Below, in pieces: positions 27,829 to 37,747 of a stretch of 64,000 nucleotides of DNA. The stretch comes from Armatimonadota bacterium. Lineage in GTDB: Bacteria > Sysuimicrobiota > Sysuimicrobiia > Sysuimicrobiales > Humicultoraceae. The notes below the pieces were generated by a model. That model made no database searches, had not been told where the DNA came from, and saw only the letters and a list, made by a program, of their open reading frames with translations. The position numbers and the translations under genes are program-made. The stretch is taken from positions 1-64,000 of the forward strand of contig JBBIOM010000007.1 of the NCBI GenBank assembly GCA_037443365.1, in the 5' to 3' direction. The stretch's first letter is position 1. Each line of letters starts with the position of its first letter.

Positions 27829-28959
27829 ATGAAGCCTCGCCACAGCGGATCCCCCTGGTACACGACTTCGCGCAGGCGCGGTGCATTCGGGGTTGCGCTC
27901 GCGGTGCTGTTGTGCGCCGTCTCCCTGACACCGCCCTGCGGTATCGCCCAGACGCCGTTCTACGCGGGCAAGACCATCGAGCTGCTCGTCACGTTCGCGC
28001 CCGGGGGCGGCACCGACCTGGATGCGCGGTTCTTCGCTCCGTTCTTCGAGAAGCACACCCCGGGCAACCCGCGAGTGATCGTGCGCAACATGGCCGGCGG
28101 GGGAGGGGTCACCGGCGCCAACTGGTACTGGAACAACGCCAAGAACGACGGCCTGATGATCATCGCGGCTTCGGGTTCCAACAAGATACCCTTCATCCTC
28201 GGCGTGCCTCAGGTCCAGTACGACTTCCGCAAGTGGAGGCTCATCAAGGTCAACGGGGTGGGCGGTGCCGTCTACGTATCGCCGCGAACTGGCATCCGCA
28301 AGGTTGACGACGTCCTCAAGCCTCGTGAGCGGCTGGTGTACGGCAGCATAGGTCCCACATCCGTTGACCTGACGACGCTGCTGGCATTCGAGGTGCTCGG
28401 CATGGAAGTCAAGGCGGTCTTCGGGTTCGAGGGCAGGGGCCCGGCCCGCCTGGCCTTTGAGCGGGGCGAGATCAGCATAGACCACCAGACGACGCCGGCC
28501 TTCTCATCGCAGGTGGGGCCGCTTGTCAAGGAAGGCAAGGCCGTCCCGATCTTCTCGCTGGGGCAGCTGAATGAGCGCGGGCAGATCGTCCGCGATCCCG
28601 GGTTTGCCGACCTGCCGACCGTGTACGAGGCCTTCCAGACGCTGTACAAGAGCAAGCCCGACGGCTACATCCGGTACAAGGCCTACAGGTCGATCCTTTC
28701 CGCGGGGTTCTCGTTCCAGAAGACCTTCTGGGTTCCGGAGGGGACACCGGTTGAGGCGCTAGGCGCCCTGCGCGAGGCAGTGGACCGGATGCAGCGCGAC
28801 CCCGCCTTCCAGCAGCAGGCCAGTACCGTCCTGGAGGGCTATCCCGTGACCCGGGGTGACCTGGCCGAAACCGCGGTCCTGCGGTCGCTCGGCATCACGC
28901 TTGACGTGCGTCAGTACATCCTGAACCTGCTGCGCACGAAGTTCGGCGTGGCGATCTAG
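27829..28959 (+). CDS. tripartite tricarboxylate transporter substrate-binding protein (TctC/Bug-like)
   Basis: signal peptide; FYAGKTIELLVTFAPGGGTD..AR, VRNMAGGGG, DGL, ARLAFERGE. Confidence 0.85.
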   Translation: MKPRHSGSPWYTTSRRRGAFGVALAVLLCAVSLTPPCGIAQTPFYAGKTIELLVTFAPGGGTDLDARFFAPFFEKHTPGNPRVIVRNMAGGGGVTGANWYWNNAKNDGLMIIAASGSNKIPFILGVPQVQYDFRKWRLIKVNGVGGAVYVSPRTGIRKVDDVLKPRERLVYGSIGPTSVDLTTLLAFEVLGMEVKAVFGFEGRGPARLAFERGEISIDHQTTPAFSSQVGPLVKEGKAVPIFSLGQLNERGQIVRDPGFADLPTVYEAFQTLYKSKPDGYIRYKAYRSILSAGFSFQKTFWVPEGTPVEALGALREAVDRMQRDPAFQQQASTVLEGYPVTRGDLAETAVLRSLGITLDVRQYILNLLRTKFGVAI

Positions 28960-28981
28960 CCCGGGGCAGCACGGGTTTCTC

Positions 28982-30934
28982 ATGGCAGAGGCCATCGCGG
29001 CGGCCGCGGCCGTCTTCCTGGATCCAGTTCGCCTGGGCCTCATGATGCTCGGGATCCTCGCGGGGATCTTCGTCGGCATACTCCCAGGGCTGGGCGGGAT
29101 CGTGGCGGTGAGCATCATGCTGCCGTTCATCTACAAGCTGGACGCCGTGGCCGCGCTCGCGACCATGACCGGGGCGGTGGCGGTGGTGCACACCTCGGAC
29201 ACCATCACCTCGGTGCTGCTGGGGGCACCCGGCTCGGCTGCCTCCACGCCCTCGGCGCTGGAAGGACACCCGCTGGCCAGGAAGGGACAGGCCGCGCGGG
29301 CCCTTTCGGCCGCGTACCTGGCATCGCTCATCGGGGGCATCATCGGCGCCGTCGGGCTCACGCTCTCGATCCCGATCGCGCGGCCGTTCGTCCTCGCCTT
29401 CGGGTCCCCTGAGCTCTTCATGCTGTGCGCGCTGGGCGTGTCCTTCGCTGGCGGCCTGCTCGGGAAGGTCCCGCTCAAGGGCATCGCCGCGGGCCTGTTT
29501 GGCCTGCTGCTGGGGACCGTGGGGCCCACGCCGGCGGTGGCCGAGTTGAGGTTCACCTTGGGCCAGATGTTCCTGGCCGACGGGTTCAACGTGGTCATCG
29601 TGGCGCTGGGCCTGTTCGGCATCGCGGAGATGATCTCCATCCTGTCCAGGGGCGGAGGCATCAGCCACAAGATAGATCTTGGCAGCGGATGGGCCGAGGG
29701 CGTGCGCGACGTGGTGCGGCACCGCTGGCTCGTGCTGCGCGGATCGCTCGTTGGAATGTGGGTCGGCGTCCTGCCGGCGTTGGGCGCCACGGCCGGCGCA
29801 ATGATGGCCTATGGGCAGGCCGTGGCCACCGCGAGGGACAAGGAGAACTTCGGGAAGGGCGACATTCGCGGGCTGATAGCCGCGGAGGCCTCCAACAACT
29901 CGGTCATGGCCGGCGACCTGATTCCCACGCTCCTGTTCAGCGTGCCTGGGAGCGCCACGGCCGCGCTGATGGTGGGCGCGCTGCTTCGCTACGGCATACT
30001 GCCGGGTCCCCGCTTCGTAACCGAGCACCTCGACCTGATGTACGTGATCGTGTGGTCGTTCGCGTTCTCCAGCGCCGTGGGAGCCGGGTTGTGCTTCCTG
30101 CTCAGCCCATCGCTCGCCAGGCTCACCCGCGTGCCGTTCTCCTACATCGCCCCGCCGGTGCTGCTGACGATGCTGCTCGGCGCCTACCAGGTCTCGAACG
30201 CTATGGGCGAGATATGGTTGCTCCTCCTGCTGGGCCTCTTTGGGTGGGGCATGAAGCAGGCCGGCTGGCCCCGCGCCCCCCTGCTGATCGGATACGTGCT
30301 CGCGCTGCCCATGGAGCGGTACTTCTGGCTCACGCTCAACCTCTACGAGGGCTACACCTGGCTGCTGCGTCCATGGGTGGTGGCATTTGGCCTTGTGCTG
30401 GTGGCGCCGTTCGTGTGGGGCTTCGTCCTGCGGCGGCGGAAGCGCGAGGAGCAGGCGATCGAGCACCCCCGGTCCCCAGCGCGCTGGCAGGCGCCGTCGG
30501 CCGTGGGCGTGCTCTTCGTCATCCTGTTCGCGGCCGCGATTCTCGAGGCCGGCCGCTACCAGCCTGCGGCGCGCCTGCTGCCCTGGGCGGTCGCGATCCC
30601 GGGGCTCCTTGTGGCGGCCCTACAGGTGGCGGCGGAGTCGCGCGGGCGCTCTGGCGGCGCCGACGATGACGAGGAGGGCGATGAGGGCGCGCCTCCCGAC
30701 CCGCTGGAGGCGCGGCGGCGTCCCAGGCGGGCCTTGATGCACCTGGGCGGGATCGTGGCCTGTGCCGCCCTGATCAGCGTGATGGGATTCCGCGCGGCCA
30801 CGGCCCTGTACATGCTCGTCGCGCTCCTTGTGGCGGCCCGAATGACGCCGATCAAGGCGGCGCTGTACACGGCGATCACGATCGGCCTGTTGTGGTTCCT
30901 GGGCGATTCGGTCCTGGGGCTCAAGTGGCCGTAG
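28982..30934 (+). CDS. tripartite tricarboxylate transporter permease TctA with fused C-terminal TctB-like domain
   Basis: GILPGLGG, LLGAPG, GLIAAEASNNS, IPTLLFSVPGS, WPRAPLLIGYVL; extra ~150 aa four-TM tail. Confidence 0.85.
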   Translation: MAEAIAAAAAVFLDPVRLGLMMLGILAGIFVGILPGLGGIVAVSIMLPFIYKLDAVAALATMTGAVAVVHTSDTITSVLLGAPGSAASTPSALEGHPLARKGQAARALSAAYLASLIGGIIGAVGLTLSIPIARPFVLAFGSPELFMLCALGVSFAGGLLGKVPLKGIAAGLFGLLLGTVGPTPAVAELRFTLGQMFLADGFNVVIVALGLFGIAEMISILSRGGGISHKIDLGSGWAEGVRDVVRHRWLVLRGSLVGMWVGVLPALGATAGAMMAYGQAVATARDKENFGKGDIRGLIAAEASNNSVMAGDLIPTLLFSVPGSATAALMVGALLRYGILPGPRFVTEHLDLMYVIVWSFAFSSAVGAGLCFLLSPSLARLTRVPFSYIAPPVLLTMLLGAYQVSNAMGEIWLLLLLGLFGWGMKQAGWPRAPLLIGYVLALPMERYFWLTLNLYEGYTWLLRPWVVAFGLVLVAPFVWGFVLRRRKREEQAIEHPRSPARWQAPSAVGVLFVILFAAAILEAGRYQPAARLLPWAVAIPGLLVAALQVAAESRGRSGGADDDEEGDEGAPPDPLEARRRPRRALMHLGGIVACAALISVMGFRAATALYMLVALLVAARMTPIKAALYTAITIGLLWFLGDSVLGLKWP

Positions 30935-30983
30935 TGAAGCGTGCCGCAGGAGTTAGGGAGCAGAAGCAGGGAGGAGGAGTCGC

Positions 30984-32174
30984 ATGCAGGCGCGCATTCC
31001 GGCGGTCATGATGCGCGGCGGCACCAGCCGGGGGCTGTTCTTCCGTCGTGAGGCCCTCCCGGGCCCGGGCGAGTTGAGGGACCGCGTGATCCTGCGGGCG
31101 TACGGCAGCCCCGATCCCTACGCCAGGCAGATCGATGGAATGGGCGGCGCGACCTCGGTGACCAGCAAGGTCGTGATCGTGGGACCGTCCGATCACCCCG
31201 ACTGCGATGTGGACTACTTGTTTGGGCAGGTGGACATCCGGCGCCCGCTCGTGGACTACACCGGGAGTTGCGGAAACCTGGCCGCGGCCGTGGGACCGTT
31301 CGCCATCGAAGAAGGCCTCGTGGAATGCACGCATCCCCTCACCCGGGTGCGCATCTGGCAGGTCAACACCGGCAAGCGCATCATGGCTCACGTTCCGACT
31401 GACGGGCGGTGCCCGGAGGTGGAGGGGGAGTTCGCCATTGACGGCGTTCCCTTTCCTGGGGCGATGATCCGTCTCGAGTTCCTGGAGCCCGGGGGTTCGT
31501 GCACGAGCGGCTTCCTGCCCACCGGAGCCGCCTGTGACGAACTGGAGATTCCTGGCATGGGGCGGATCCAGGCAACCCTGGCAGATGCCGCTAATCCGGT
31601 TGTCTTTGTGCGCGCGGAAGATGTCGGGCTGCGCGGCGAGGAGTTGGGCGACGAGATCGATGGCAGTCCATCCGTCCTTCGCGCGCTCGAACTCATCCGT
31701 AGCCACGGAGCGGTCGCCATGGGCCTCGCCTCTTCCCCGCGCGAGGCCTCGGAACGCAGGCCCGGCACCCCCAAGGTTGCCTTCGTCTCGCCGCCGTCAG
31801 ACTACCGCACCTCGCGAGGAGAGCAGGTGGACGGCGGGGCAATCTCGCTCGTCGCCCGCATCATGACCATGGGCACGCTGCACCGGACCTACGCCATCAC
31901 AGGCGCCATCGCCACGGCGGCGGCCGCGCTGGTGCCGGGAAGCGTGGTCAACCGAGTGGCGCGCACAGCCATCGGCGAGCCTGAGCAGGAGCTGCTGCTT
32001 GGGCATCCCAGCGGCGTGCTGCCCGTGGGCGCGCGCGTCACACGACGGGCCGAGGGCTGGGTTTGTGAGAAGGGCGTCGCTTTCCGGACGGCGCGACGCC
32101 TCATGGAGGGTCACGTCTGTATCCCGGCCTCAACATACGCGGCGGACGCGCGCGTGCCCCAGCCCGGGGGCTAG
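30984..32174 (+). CDS. prpF: PrpF-family isomerase (methylaconitate/aconitate/oxalomesaconate isomerase-like)
   Basis: MRGGTSRGLFF, GSPDPYARQIDGMGGATSVTSKV, SCGNL, HPSG, RTARRLMEG. Confidence 0.9.
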   Translation: MQARIPAVMMRGGTSRGLFFRREALPGPGELRDRVILRAYGSPDPYARQIDGMGGATSVTSKVVIVGPSDHPDCDVDYLFGQVDIRRPLVDYTGSCGNLAAAVGPFAIEEGLVECTHPLTRVRIWQVNTGKRIMAHVPTDGRCPEVEGEFAIDGVPFPGAMIRLEFLEPGGSCTSGFLPTGAACDELEIPGMGRIQATLADAANPVVFVRAEDVGLRGEELGDEIDGSPSVLRALELIRSHGAVAMGLASSPREASERRPGTPKVAFVSPPSDYRTSRGEQVDGGAISLVARIMTMGTLHRTYAITGAIATAAAALVPGSVVNRVARTAIGEPEQELLLGHPSGVLPVGARVTRRAEGWVCEKGVAFRTARRLMEGHVCIPASTYAADARVPQPGG

Positions 32175-33007
32175 AAGAAGAACTCGTCGGTGCTCGCGCC
32201 GTCGTCGAAGACGAGGGTGCGTGCGATGCGCCCCTGGGGAACCACGAATACCAGCGAGCACGCCCCGGCATCTCCAGGCCGCACCAGCAGCGTCGAGCGG
32301 CAGGCGTCGGACAGCCGGAACGTGGATGGGTCGTAGGCGTAACCCTGGCCCTCGCGGTCCGTGAGCGCGAAGAAGTTGGGGTTGAGGGCCTTCGTCCCAC
32401 GGCCCAGGTTCTTCAGCGTGATGGCTATCTGCGCCGAGCGCACAGGAGTACCGCTGTACTTGGGAGCGCGCGCGGTCAGCACGACGTCGCGGGCCGGGCG
32501 TTCATCCGCCAGCAGCGCCCGCACGAAGGCCTTGGGGTCGAAGACGCCGATCCGGATGATCGTGCCGCTTCCCACGCCCAGCACCAGCCCCATGGCGTCG
32601 TACCAGAGGATCCGCTCATCGCCGCCTCCTGACGACGGCGGTCCGTACGCCGCTGTCGCGGTCGAAGCGGGTTGACCCACGCCCACTCCTCGCTCTGTAC
32701 GGTACCGCTCGCCCGTCGTCAGCAGGATCACGACCTGGTCGTCACGCACGCCGACGGCGGTGCGCTGCCGGTCGTAGTAGAGGTACTGGACCGAGCCCGA
32801 GGCGTGCGTGCGGTCGGGTTGTCCCCATCCCGGCGTCTGGTGTATCGTCCGTGTGGGAACACCCAGGCGCAACGCCCCCAGCGACTGCCCCGGCACCACG
32901 AGCCAAGCGTCGGCCGGCGCCCCGGAGGTCAGCACAGGCGGTGTGGAGAGCACGCAGAGGCCAGCGGCAAGATGGAGTGCGATGATGACGCACAGCGCAC
33001 GATACAT
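32171..33007 (-). CDS. exported protein with C-terminal DUF4352-like Ig-fold domain
   Basis: signal peptide; VPGQSLG.LRLG, TERGVGVG N-domain; ITLKN.G...LNPNFFALTD.EG..Y...LVF.VP. Confidence 0.6.
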   Translation of the reverse strand: MYRALCVIIALHLAAGLCVLSTPPVLTSGAPADAWLVVPGQSLGALRLGVPTRTIHQTPGWGQPDRTHASGSVQYLYYDRQRTAVGVRDDQVVILLTTGERYRTERGVGVGQPASTATAAYGPPSSGGGDERILWYDAMGLVLGVGSGTIIRIGVFDPKAFVRALLADERPARDVVLTARAPKYSGTPVRSAQIAITLKNLGRGTKALNPNFFALTDREGQGYAYDPSTFRLSDACRSTLLVRPGDAGACSLVFVVPQGRIARTLVFDDGASTDEFFF

Positions 33008-33036
33008 GTCAGCATCTAGTTCGCCACGGCCTTGCC

Positions 33037-33065
33037 TTGACCCCCTTTTGGGGCGGTGCTACCGT
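33037..33065 (+). promoter_or_regulatory. sigma70-type promoter of the moxR operon
   Basis: TTGACC-17-(TGC)TACCGT. Confidence 0.6.
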
Positions 33066-33100
33066 GGCGGTAGCGTGTGCGAGCAAGAGGGAGGAGCAGG

Positions 33101-34147
33101 GTGACGAAGCCGCTGGAGTTGTTCCAACAGGCCTCCGCGACGATGCGTAAGGTGCTCTACGAGATCAAGCGCGTGATCGTGGGGCAGGACCTGATGCTGG
33201 AGCGTCTGCTGGTGGCGCTCCTTGCGCGGGGGCACGTCCTCCTCGAGGGCGTTCCCGGCCTGGCCAAGACCCTGGCCATCAAGAGCGCGGCCCGGGCGAT
33301 CGACTGCGAGTTCAAGCGCATCCAGTTCACGCCGGACCTGGTTCCGGCCGATCTGGTCGGAACCCGCATATACAACCGCCAGACCGGCGCGTTCGACGTG
33401 GAACTGGGTCCTGTCTTCGCCAACTTCGTCCTGGCGGACGAGATCAACCGCGCTCCGGCCAAGGTTCAGTCGGCGCTGCTCGAGGCGATGCAGGAGAGGC
33501 AGGTGACGATCGGCAAGCAGACCTTCCCCCTGCCGTCTCCCTTCCTCGTGATGGCCACGCAGAACCCCATCGAGAGCGAGGGGACCTACCCGCTGCCCGA
33601 GGCGCAGGTGGACCGCTTCATGTTCAAGGTGGTCATAACCTATCCCAGCCGGCACGAGGAGGTCACGATCGTCGAGCGCATGAGCGCCGCCCCTCCCGAG
33701 GTGGCTCCTGCGATCAGCGCTGCGGAGCTGCTCGAGCTGCAGGCCATCACCGACGCGGTGTACGTGGACGCGCGGATCCGCGAGTACTCGGTGACGCTGG
33801 CCGCCGCGACCCGCCGTCCGGACGAGGTGGGGCTGGACCGGCTGGGCCGCTACATCGCCTACGGAGCCAGCCCGCGCGCGTCGCTCAACATGGTGCTCGG
33901 AGCCCGCGCCCTGGCGCTGCTGCGGGGGCGGGAGTACGTGATGCCCGAGGACATAAGGGACATAGCGCCCGAGGTGCTGCGCCACCGCCTAGTACTCTCG
34001 TACGAGGCCCTGGCCGACGCGGTCGGGCCCGATGCGCTAGTGGAGCAGGTGATCGCGGCCGTGCCGGCACCGCGCCTGGCGTTGGGCGATCCGCACGAAT
34101 CACAGCGCGTCGGGGCCTCCGGGGGCGACATCGCCCGGGGAGAGTAG
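33101..34147 (+). CDS. moxR: MoxR family AAA+ ATPase
   Basis: EGVPGLAKT Walker A, RIQFTPDL, LADEINRAPAKVQSALLEAMQE, ATQNPIE. Confidence 0.95.
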   Translation: MTKPLELFQQASATMRKVLYEIKRVIVGQDLMLERLLVALLARGHVLLEGVPGLAKTLAIKSAARAIDCEFKRIQFTPDLVPADLVGTRIYNRQTGAFDVELGPVFANFVLADEINRAPAKVQSALLEAMQERQVTIGKQTFPLPSPFLVMATQNPIESEGTYPLPEAQVDRFMFKVVITYPSRHEEVTIVERMSAAPPEVAPAISAAELLELQAITDAVYVDARIREYSVTLAAATRRPDEVGLDRLGRYIAYGASPRASLNMVLGARALALLRGREYVMPEDIRDIAPEVLRHRLVLSYEALADAVGPDALVEQVIAAVPAPRLALGDPHESQRVGASGGDIARGE

Positions 34148-34153
34148 CCGGCC

Positions 34154-35101
34154 GTGCCGGCCGCCGTGTTGCCCGAGACGCCCGAGCAGCTGCTGCGGCG
34201 GCTGGAGTTTGCGGTCGTGCGCCGCCTGGACGGCTTCCTGTTCGGGGACTACCGCGGGGTCTTCTACGGGCCCAGCCTCGATCTGGCCGAGGTGCGGGAA
34301 TACCAGCCGGGTGACGAGATCCGTCGAATAGACTGGAACGTGACGGCGCGCATGCGCCGCCTCTTCGTCAGGCAGTACCACGAGGAGCGCGAACTCACCG
34401 CCTGGCTCCTGGTGGACGCCTCGCCTTCCATGGGCTTTGGCACGCGGCGGCTCCTCAAGCGCGAGATGGCGGTCGAGTTCGCGGGGACCGCCGCCTACAT
34501 CGTCGCCCGCCACGGCGACAAGATAGGCGCGATCGCGTTTCCGGGCCGGGGCCTGCCGCTGGTCCCGCCCCGCGCGGGCCGGCGCCACGCCCTGCGCATC
34601 CTGCACTCCCTGATGCAGGCCGGATCCCCAGGCCCAGAGACGCCTGGCGTGCCCGGGACGGCCAGTCCACAGGGGATGACCGATCTCGCTGGCGCGCTTC
34701 GCGCCGCGTCCGGGATGCTGCGCCGCCGCTGCCTTGTCTTCATCGTATCGGACTTCATCGCGTCCGACGGATGGGAGAGGCCGCTGTGCGAGCTTGGACG
34801 CCGTCACGATGTGATCGCGGCCTGGATCCGCGATCCGGCTGAGGAAGCCCTGCCCGATGTGGGCGTGATCCCGGTAAGCGATCCCGAGACCGGGGAGCAC
34901 ATCTGGATCGACACATCCGACGCGCGCGTGCGTTCTGCCCATCAGGCGCTCGTCAGCGAGCGCCGGGCGAGCGTGACAGGGGCGTTCCGGCGCGCGCGTG
35001 TGGACCACCTGGTGCTCTCCACGGCCGAGACGCTTGTGGGTCCCCTGGTGGATTTCGTGCTGCGGAGGCGCAGGCGCCTGTGGATTTCACCTGGCCGCTG
35101 A
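34154..35101 (+). CDS. DUF58 domain protein
   Basis: EVREYQPGDEIRRIDWNVTAR, DASPSMGFGT, SDF. Confidence 0.92.
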   Translation: MPAAVLPETPEQLLRRLEFAVVRRLDGFLFGDYRGVFYGPSLDLAEVREYQPGDEIRRIDWNVTARMRRLFVRQYHEERELTAWLLVDASPSMGFGTRRLLKREMAVEFAGTAAYIVARHGDKIGAIAFPGRGLPLVPPRAGRRHALRILHSLMQAGSPGPETPGVPGTASPQGMTDLAGALRAASGMLRRRCLVFIVSDFIASDGWERPLCELGRRHDVIAAWIRDPAEEALPDVGVIPVSDPETGEHIWIDTSDARVRSAHQALVSERRASVTGAFRRARVDHLVLSTAETLVGPLVDFVLRRRRRLWISPGR

Positions 35102-36012
35102 TGCTCTGGACGCTGGCCCTGGCCCCGCTCCTCTGGTGGGGGTACCGCGCCCTCATCCGGCGCCAGCGGCGGGCAGCCGAGCAGTTTGCCGAGCCGCGAC
35201 TGTTCGGGATGGTGGTATCGCGCCCGCCGGGATGGCAGAGATCCCTTCCTGCCGCGTGCCAGTTGGCCGCCCTGCTCCTGCTGGCGGCGGGCATGGCGCG
35301 CCCTGTCACCGCGCTGCCCCACCGGGTGAACCGCGCGGCCGTCGTCATCGCGATTGACACGAGCAAGAGCATGATCGCGACAGACGCGCAGCCGACGCGC
35401 CTGGAAGCCGCGCGCAGGGCGGCGCTCCTGCTGGCGGACCTGGTGCCCCGAACGACCGCGCTCGGGCTCGTGTCGTTCAGCGAGTACGGCACGGTCCTGC
35501 TTCCGCCCGGGACCGACAGGCGCGCGCTGGCCGATGCGATCGAGCGTCTCCGGCCGCAATCGGCCACCTCCATCGGCGGCGGCATCACGGAGGCGGTGCG
35601 CGTGCTCGCTGCGCGCGCGGGTTCTCCTGGTTCCATCGTGATCGTCTCGGATGGTGTGAGCAACTTCGGGCCGGACCCGGACCAGGCCGCAGCCCGTGCG
35701 CGGGACGAGGGCGTGCGGATCTTCGCGGTGGGCGTGGGCAGGCCGGGCGGGACCGTCATGCGGGTCGAGGGCCAGCTCGTGCTCGTGCCCGCCGACAGGG
35801 CCGGGCTTGCGCGCATAGCCCAGATCACCGGCGGGCAGTTCTTTTCGGCGGCCGGCGAGGAGGAGCTGCGGGCGATTGCGCGCATGCTCAACCGCGACAT
35901 GGGTTGGGAGTTCTCCCGCCAGGAGGCGACGTTTCTCCTCGTTGGGGCGGCCGGACTCCTCATGCTGGTCGGCGGCGGGTTCTCGCTGCGATGGTTCGGA
36001 CGCCTCCCGTGA
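35080..36012 (+). CDS. BatA-like VWA domain membrane protein
   Basis: MIDAS DTSKSM, TSIG, VSDG; N- and C-terminal TM segments. Confidence 0.88.
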   Translation: MDFTWPLMLWTLALAPLLWWGYRALIRRQRRAAEQFAEPRLFGMVVSRPPGWQRSLPAACQLAALLLLAAGMARPVTALPHRVNRAAVVIAIDTSKSMIATDAQPTRLEAARRAALLLADLVPRTTALGLVSFSEYGTVLLPPGTDRRALADAIERLRPQSATSIGGGITEAVRVLAARAGSPGSIVIVSDGVSNFGPDPDQAAARARDEGVRIFAVGVGRPGGTVMRVEGQLVLVPADRAGLARIAQITGGQFFSAAGEEELRAIARMLNRDMGWEFSRQEATFLLVGAAGLLMLVGGGFSLRWFGRLP

Positions 36013-36046
36013 TGCTGCGCCCGCCTTCTGGGGGCGTTTCCGGGCC

Positions 36047-37024
36047 ATGACCTTCGAGTGGCCGTTCGTGCTGTGGGCACTGGCGGCGCTGCCGCTGCTG
36101 GCGTGGGCGTACGGCAGGTCGCAGCGGAGGCGCCCGCGCGCGGTCGTGGTCGTCCCAGACGTGGGGATGCTGGCGCGGGCAGGGGGAGGCCGCCGCAGTT
36201 GGCGCAGGTGGACGCCCCCGACCCTCTACCTGCTCGGACTCGCGGCGATTGTGATCGGGCTGGCGCGACCCTCTGCGCCGCTGCCGGCGCCCGCGCGCGA
36301 GGGGGTGGTGGTGCTCTCCATTGATGTGAGCCGGAGCATGCTGGCCGATGATCTGCGGCCCAGCCGGCTAGCCGGCGCGAGGACCGCGGCGGCGGAGTTC
36401 GTCCGGGCGCTGCCCGACGGCTTCCGCGTGGGCCTGGTCACCTTCAGCAGCTACGCCACGACGGTCGTGCCGCCGACCACCGACCGGGCCCGCGTGCAAG
36501 ACGCGATCAGCCTGCTCACCACGGAGTATGCCACCGCGATAGGCGAAGGCCTGCTCGAAGCGGTCTGGGCGCTGCCCGGCCGCGTCCGCCCGCCGCTGGG
36601 AAGCACGGCGATGCCGGAGCCGGCCGGCCGGCTTCCCCCAGGGGTCGTGGTGCTGCTTTCGGACGGTCAGAGCAACCGGGGGACTCACCCGCTGGAGGCC
36701 GCGCGCATCGCGCGCGATCTCGGCGTGAGGGTTTACACCGTGGGGCTTGGCACGCCTGAGGGCACGGTTCTCAATGTCGCCGGGCGCAGCATCCTTGTGC
36801 GCCTGGACGAGCAGACCCTGCGGGAGATGTCCGAGATCGCCGGCGGCGCGTACTACCGGACCACGAACCTGCGCGAGTTGCGCCGGGCGTACAGGGACCT
36901 GGGCCGGGAGATCGGGTGGGAGCGCCGTCCCACCGAGGTGACCGCGCTAGCCGGCGGTGCGGCGCTGGTGTGCCTGCTGGCCGCGGTGGTGTCTTCGCGC
37001 CTCGCAGTGCACCGGATTCCATAG
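36047..37024 (+). CDS. BatA-like VWA domain membrane protein (paralog)
   Basis: MIDAS DVSRSM, TAIG, LLSDG; begins MTFEWP. Confidence 0.88.
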   Translation: MTFEWPFVLWALAALPLLAWAYGRSQRRRPRAVVVVPDVGMLARAGGGRRSWRRWTPPTLYLLGLAAIVIGLARPSAPLPAPAREGVVVLSIDVSRSMLADDLRPSRLAGARTAAAEFVRALPDGFRVGLVTFSSYATTVVPPTTDRARVQDAISLLTTEYATAIGEGLLEAVWALPGRVRPPLGSTAMPEPAGRLPPGVVVLLSDGQSNRGTHPLEAARIARDLGVRVYTVGLGTPEGTVLNVAGRSILVRLDEQTLREMSEIAGGAYYRTTNLRELRRAYRDLGREIGWERRPTEVTALAGGAALVCLLAAVVSSRLAVHRIP

Positions 37025-37056
37025 GGAGCCGGGCGAAGGGCGAGGCGTGACATCTG

Positions 37057-37065
37057 TGCTATACT
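37057..37065 (+). promoter_or_regulatory. extended -10 promoter of tRNA-Arg
   Basis: TGC-TATACT 13 nt before the tRNA. Confidence 0.55.
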
Positions 37066-37078
37066 CGTGCCTGGCCGC

Positions 37079-37154
37079 GCGCCTGTAGCTCAGCGGATAG
37101 AGCGGCTGCCTTCTAAGCAGCGGGCCGGGGGTTCGAGTCCCTCCAGGCGCGCCA
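37079..37154 (+). tRNA. tRNA-Arg(TCT)
   Basis: GCGCCTG/CAGGCGC acceptor stem, GCTGC-CTTCTAA-GCAGC anticodon arm, encoded CCA. Confidence 0.96.
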
Positions 37155-37170
37155 GTTCGTCCCCGGGGGC

Positions 37171-37584
37171 CTAACGGCAGGCGATCTCCGCAGCCCGGAA
37201 CTTCCACTCGTATGTAACCGGCTCAGCCTTCGACGGAAAGGTGAATGACACCCTGTGCCAGCCCACAGCCAGCGGGGCCCTGGGCTGGTAGGCAAGGGTG
37301 GCCAGGCTCTGGGGCAAGTCCTTCGTGCCGCTCGCCTGGGCACTCGCCGTGACGTCCCTGCCATCGAGTCTCAGCGTCACCACCGTGACGTCGAGACTGC
37401 CATACCGCCGCATGGCATCGGTCAGGCGCAGGTGTACGCCTATCACGGGCGTGCGACAGACCGTGCTAGTAGGCCGCGGCAAGACCCCTGAGATCTCGGG
37501 CGGCAACGCATCCGGCGTTCCGTTCGCCAGTGCTGCCGCCGCCGCAGCCAACACCAAGCATGCGATTGCCCCGAGCGACCTCAC
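37171..37584 (-). CDS. small exported hypothetical protein (Ig-like, LDGRDVT...L..GWH.V...WKF pattern)
   Basis: signal peptide; GAGGTG RBS; fills the gap between tRNA-Arg and the dipeptidase gene. Confidence 0.6.
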   Translation of the reverse strand: MRSLGAIACLVLAAAAAALANGTPDALPPEISGVLPRPTSTVCRTPVIGVHLRLTDAMRRYGSLDVTVVTLRLDGRDVTASAQASGTKDLPQSLATLAYQPRAPLAVGWHRVSFTFPSKAEPVTYEWKFRAAEIACR

Positions 37585-37747
37585 TCCACACCTCTTGAGT
37601 CAGGATGAGACACCTTGCTTGCTTCTCGCAGCACCACACGTGTTCCTACTGAATGGGCGCCCGACGACACGAAGCAGGACTGGAGCAGAGCCGCGGCAAA
37701 AGCCCCATGCAAACCTGGCCGATCAGCGCCGGAAGGGATGCCGCGGC

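Noticed and set aside
37155-37747. Island integrated at tRNA-Arg or tRNA-His flanking the glycan locus
   Set aside because: The locus lies between two tRNAs, but I found no duplicated tRNA 3' end and no integrase for either.
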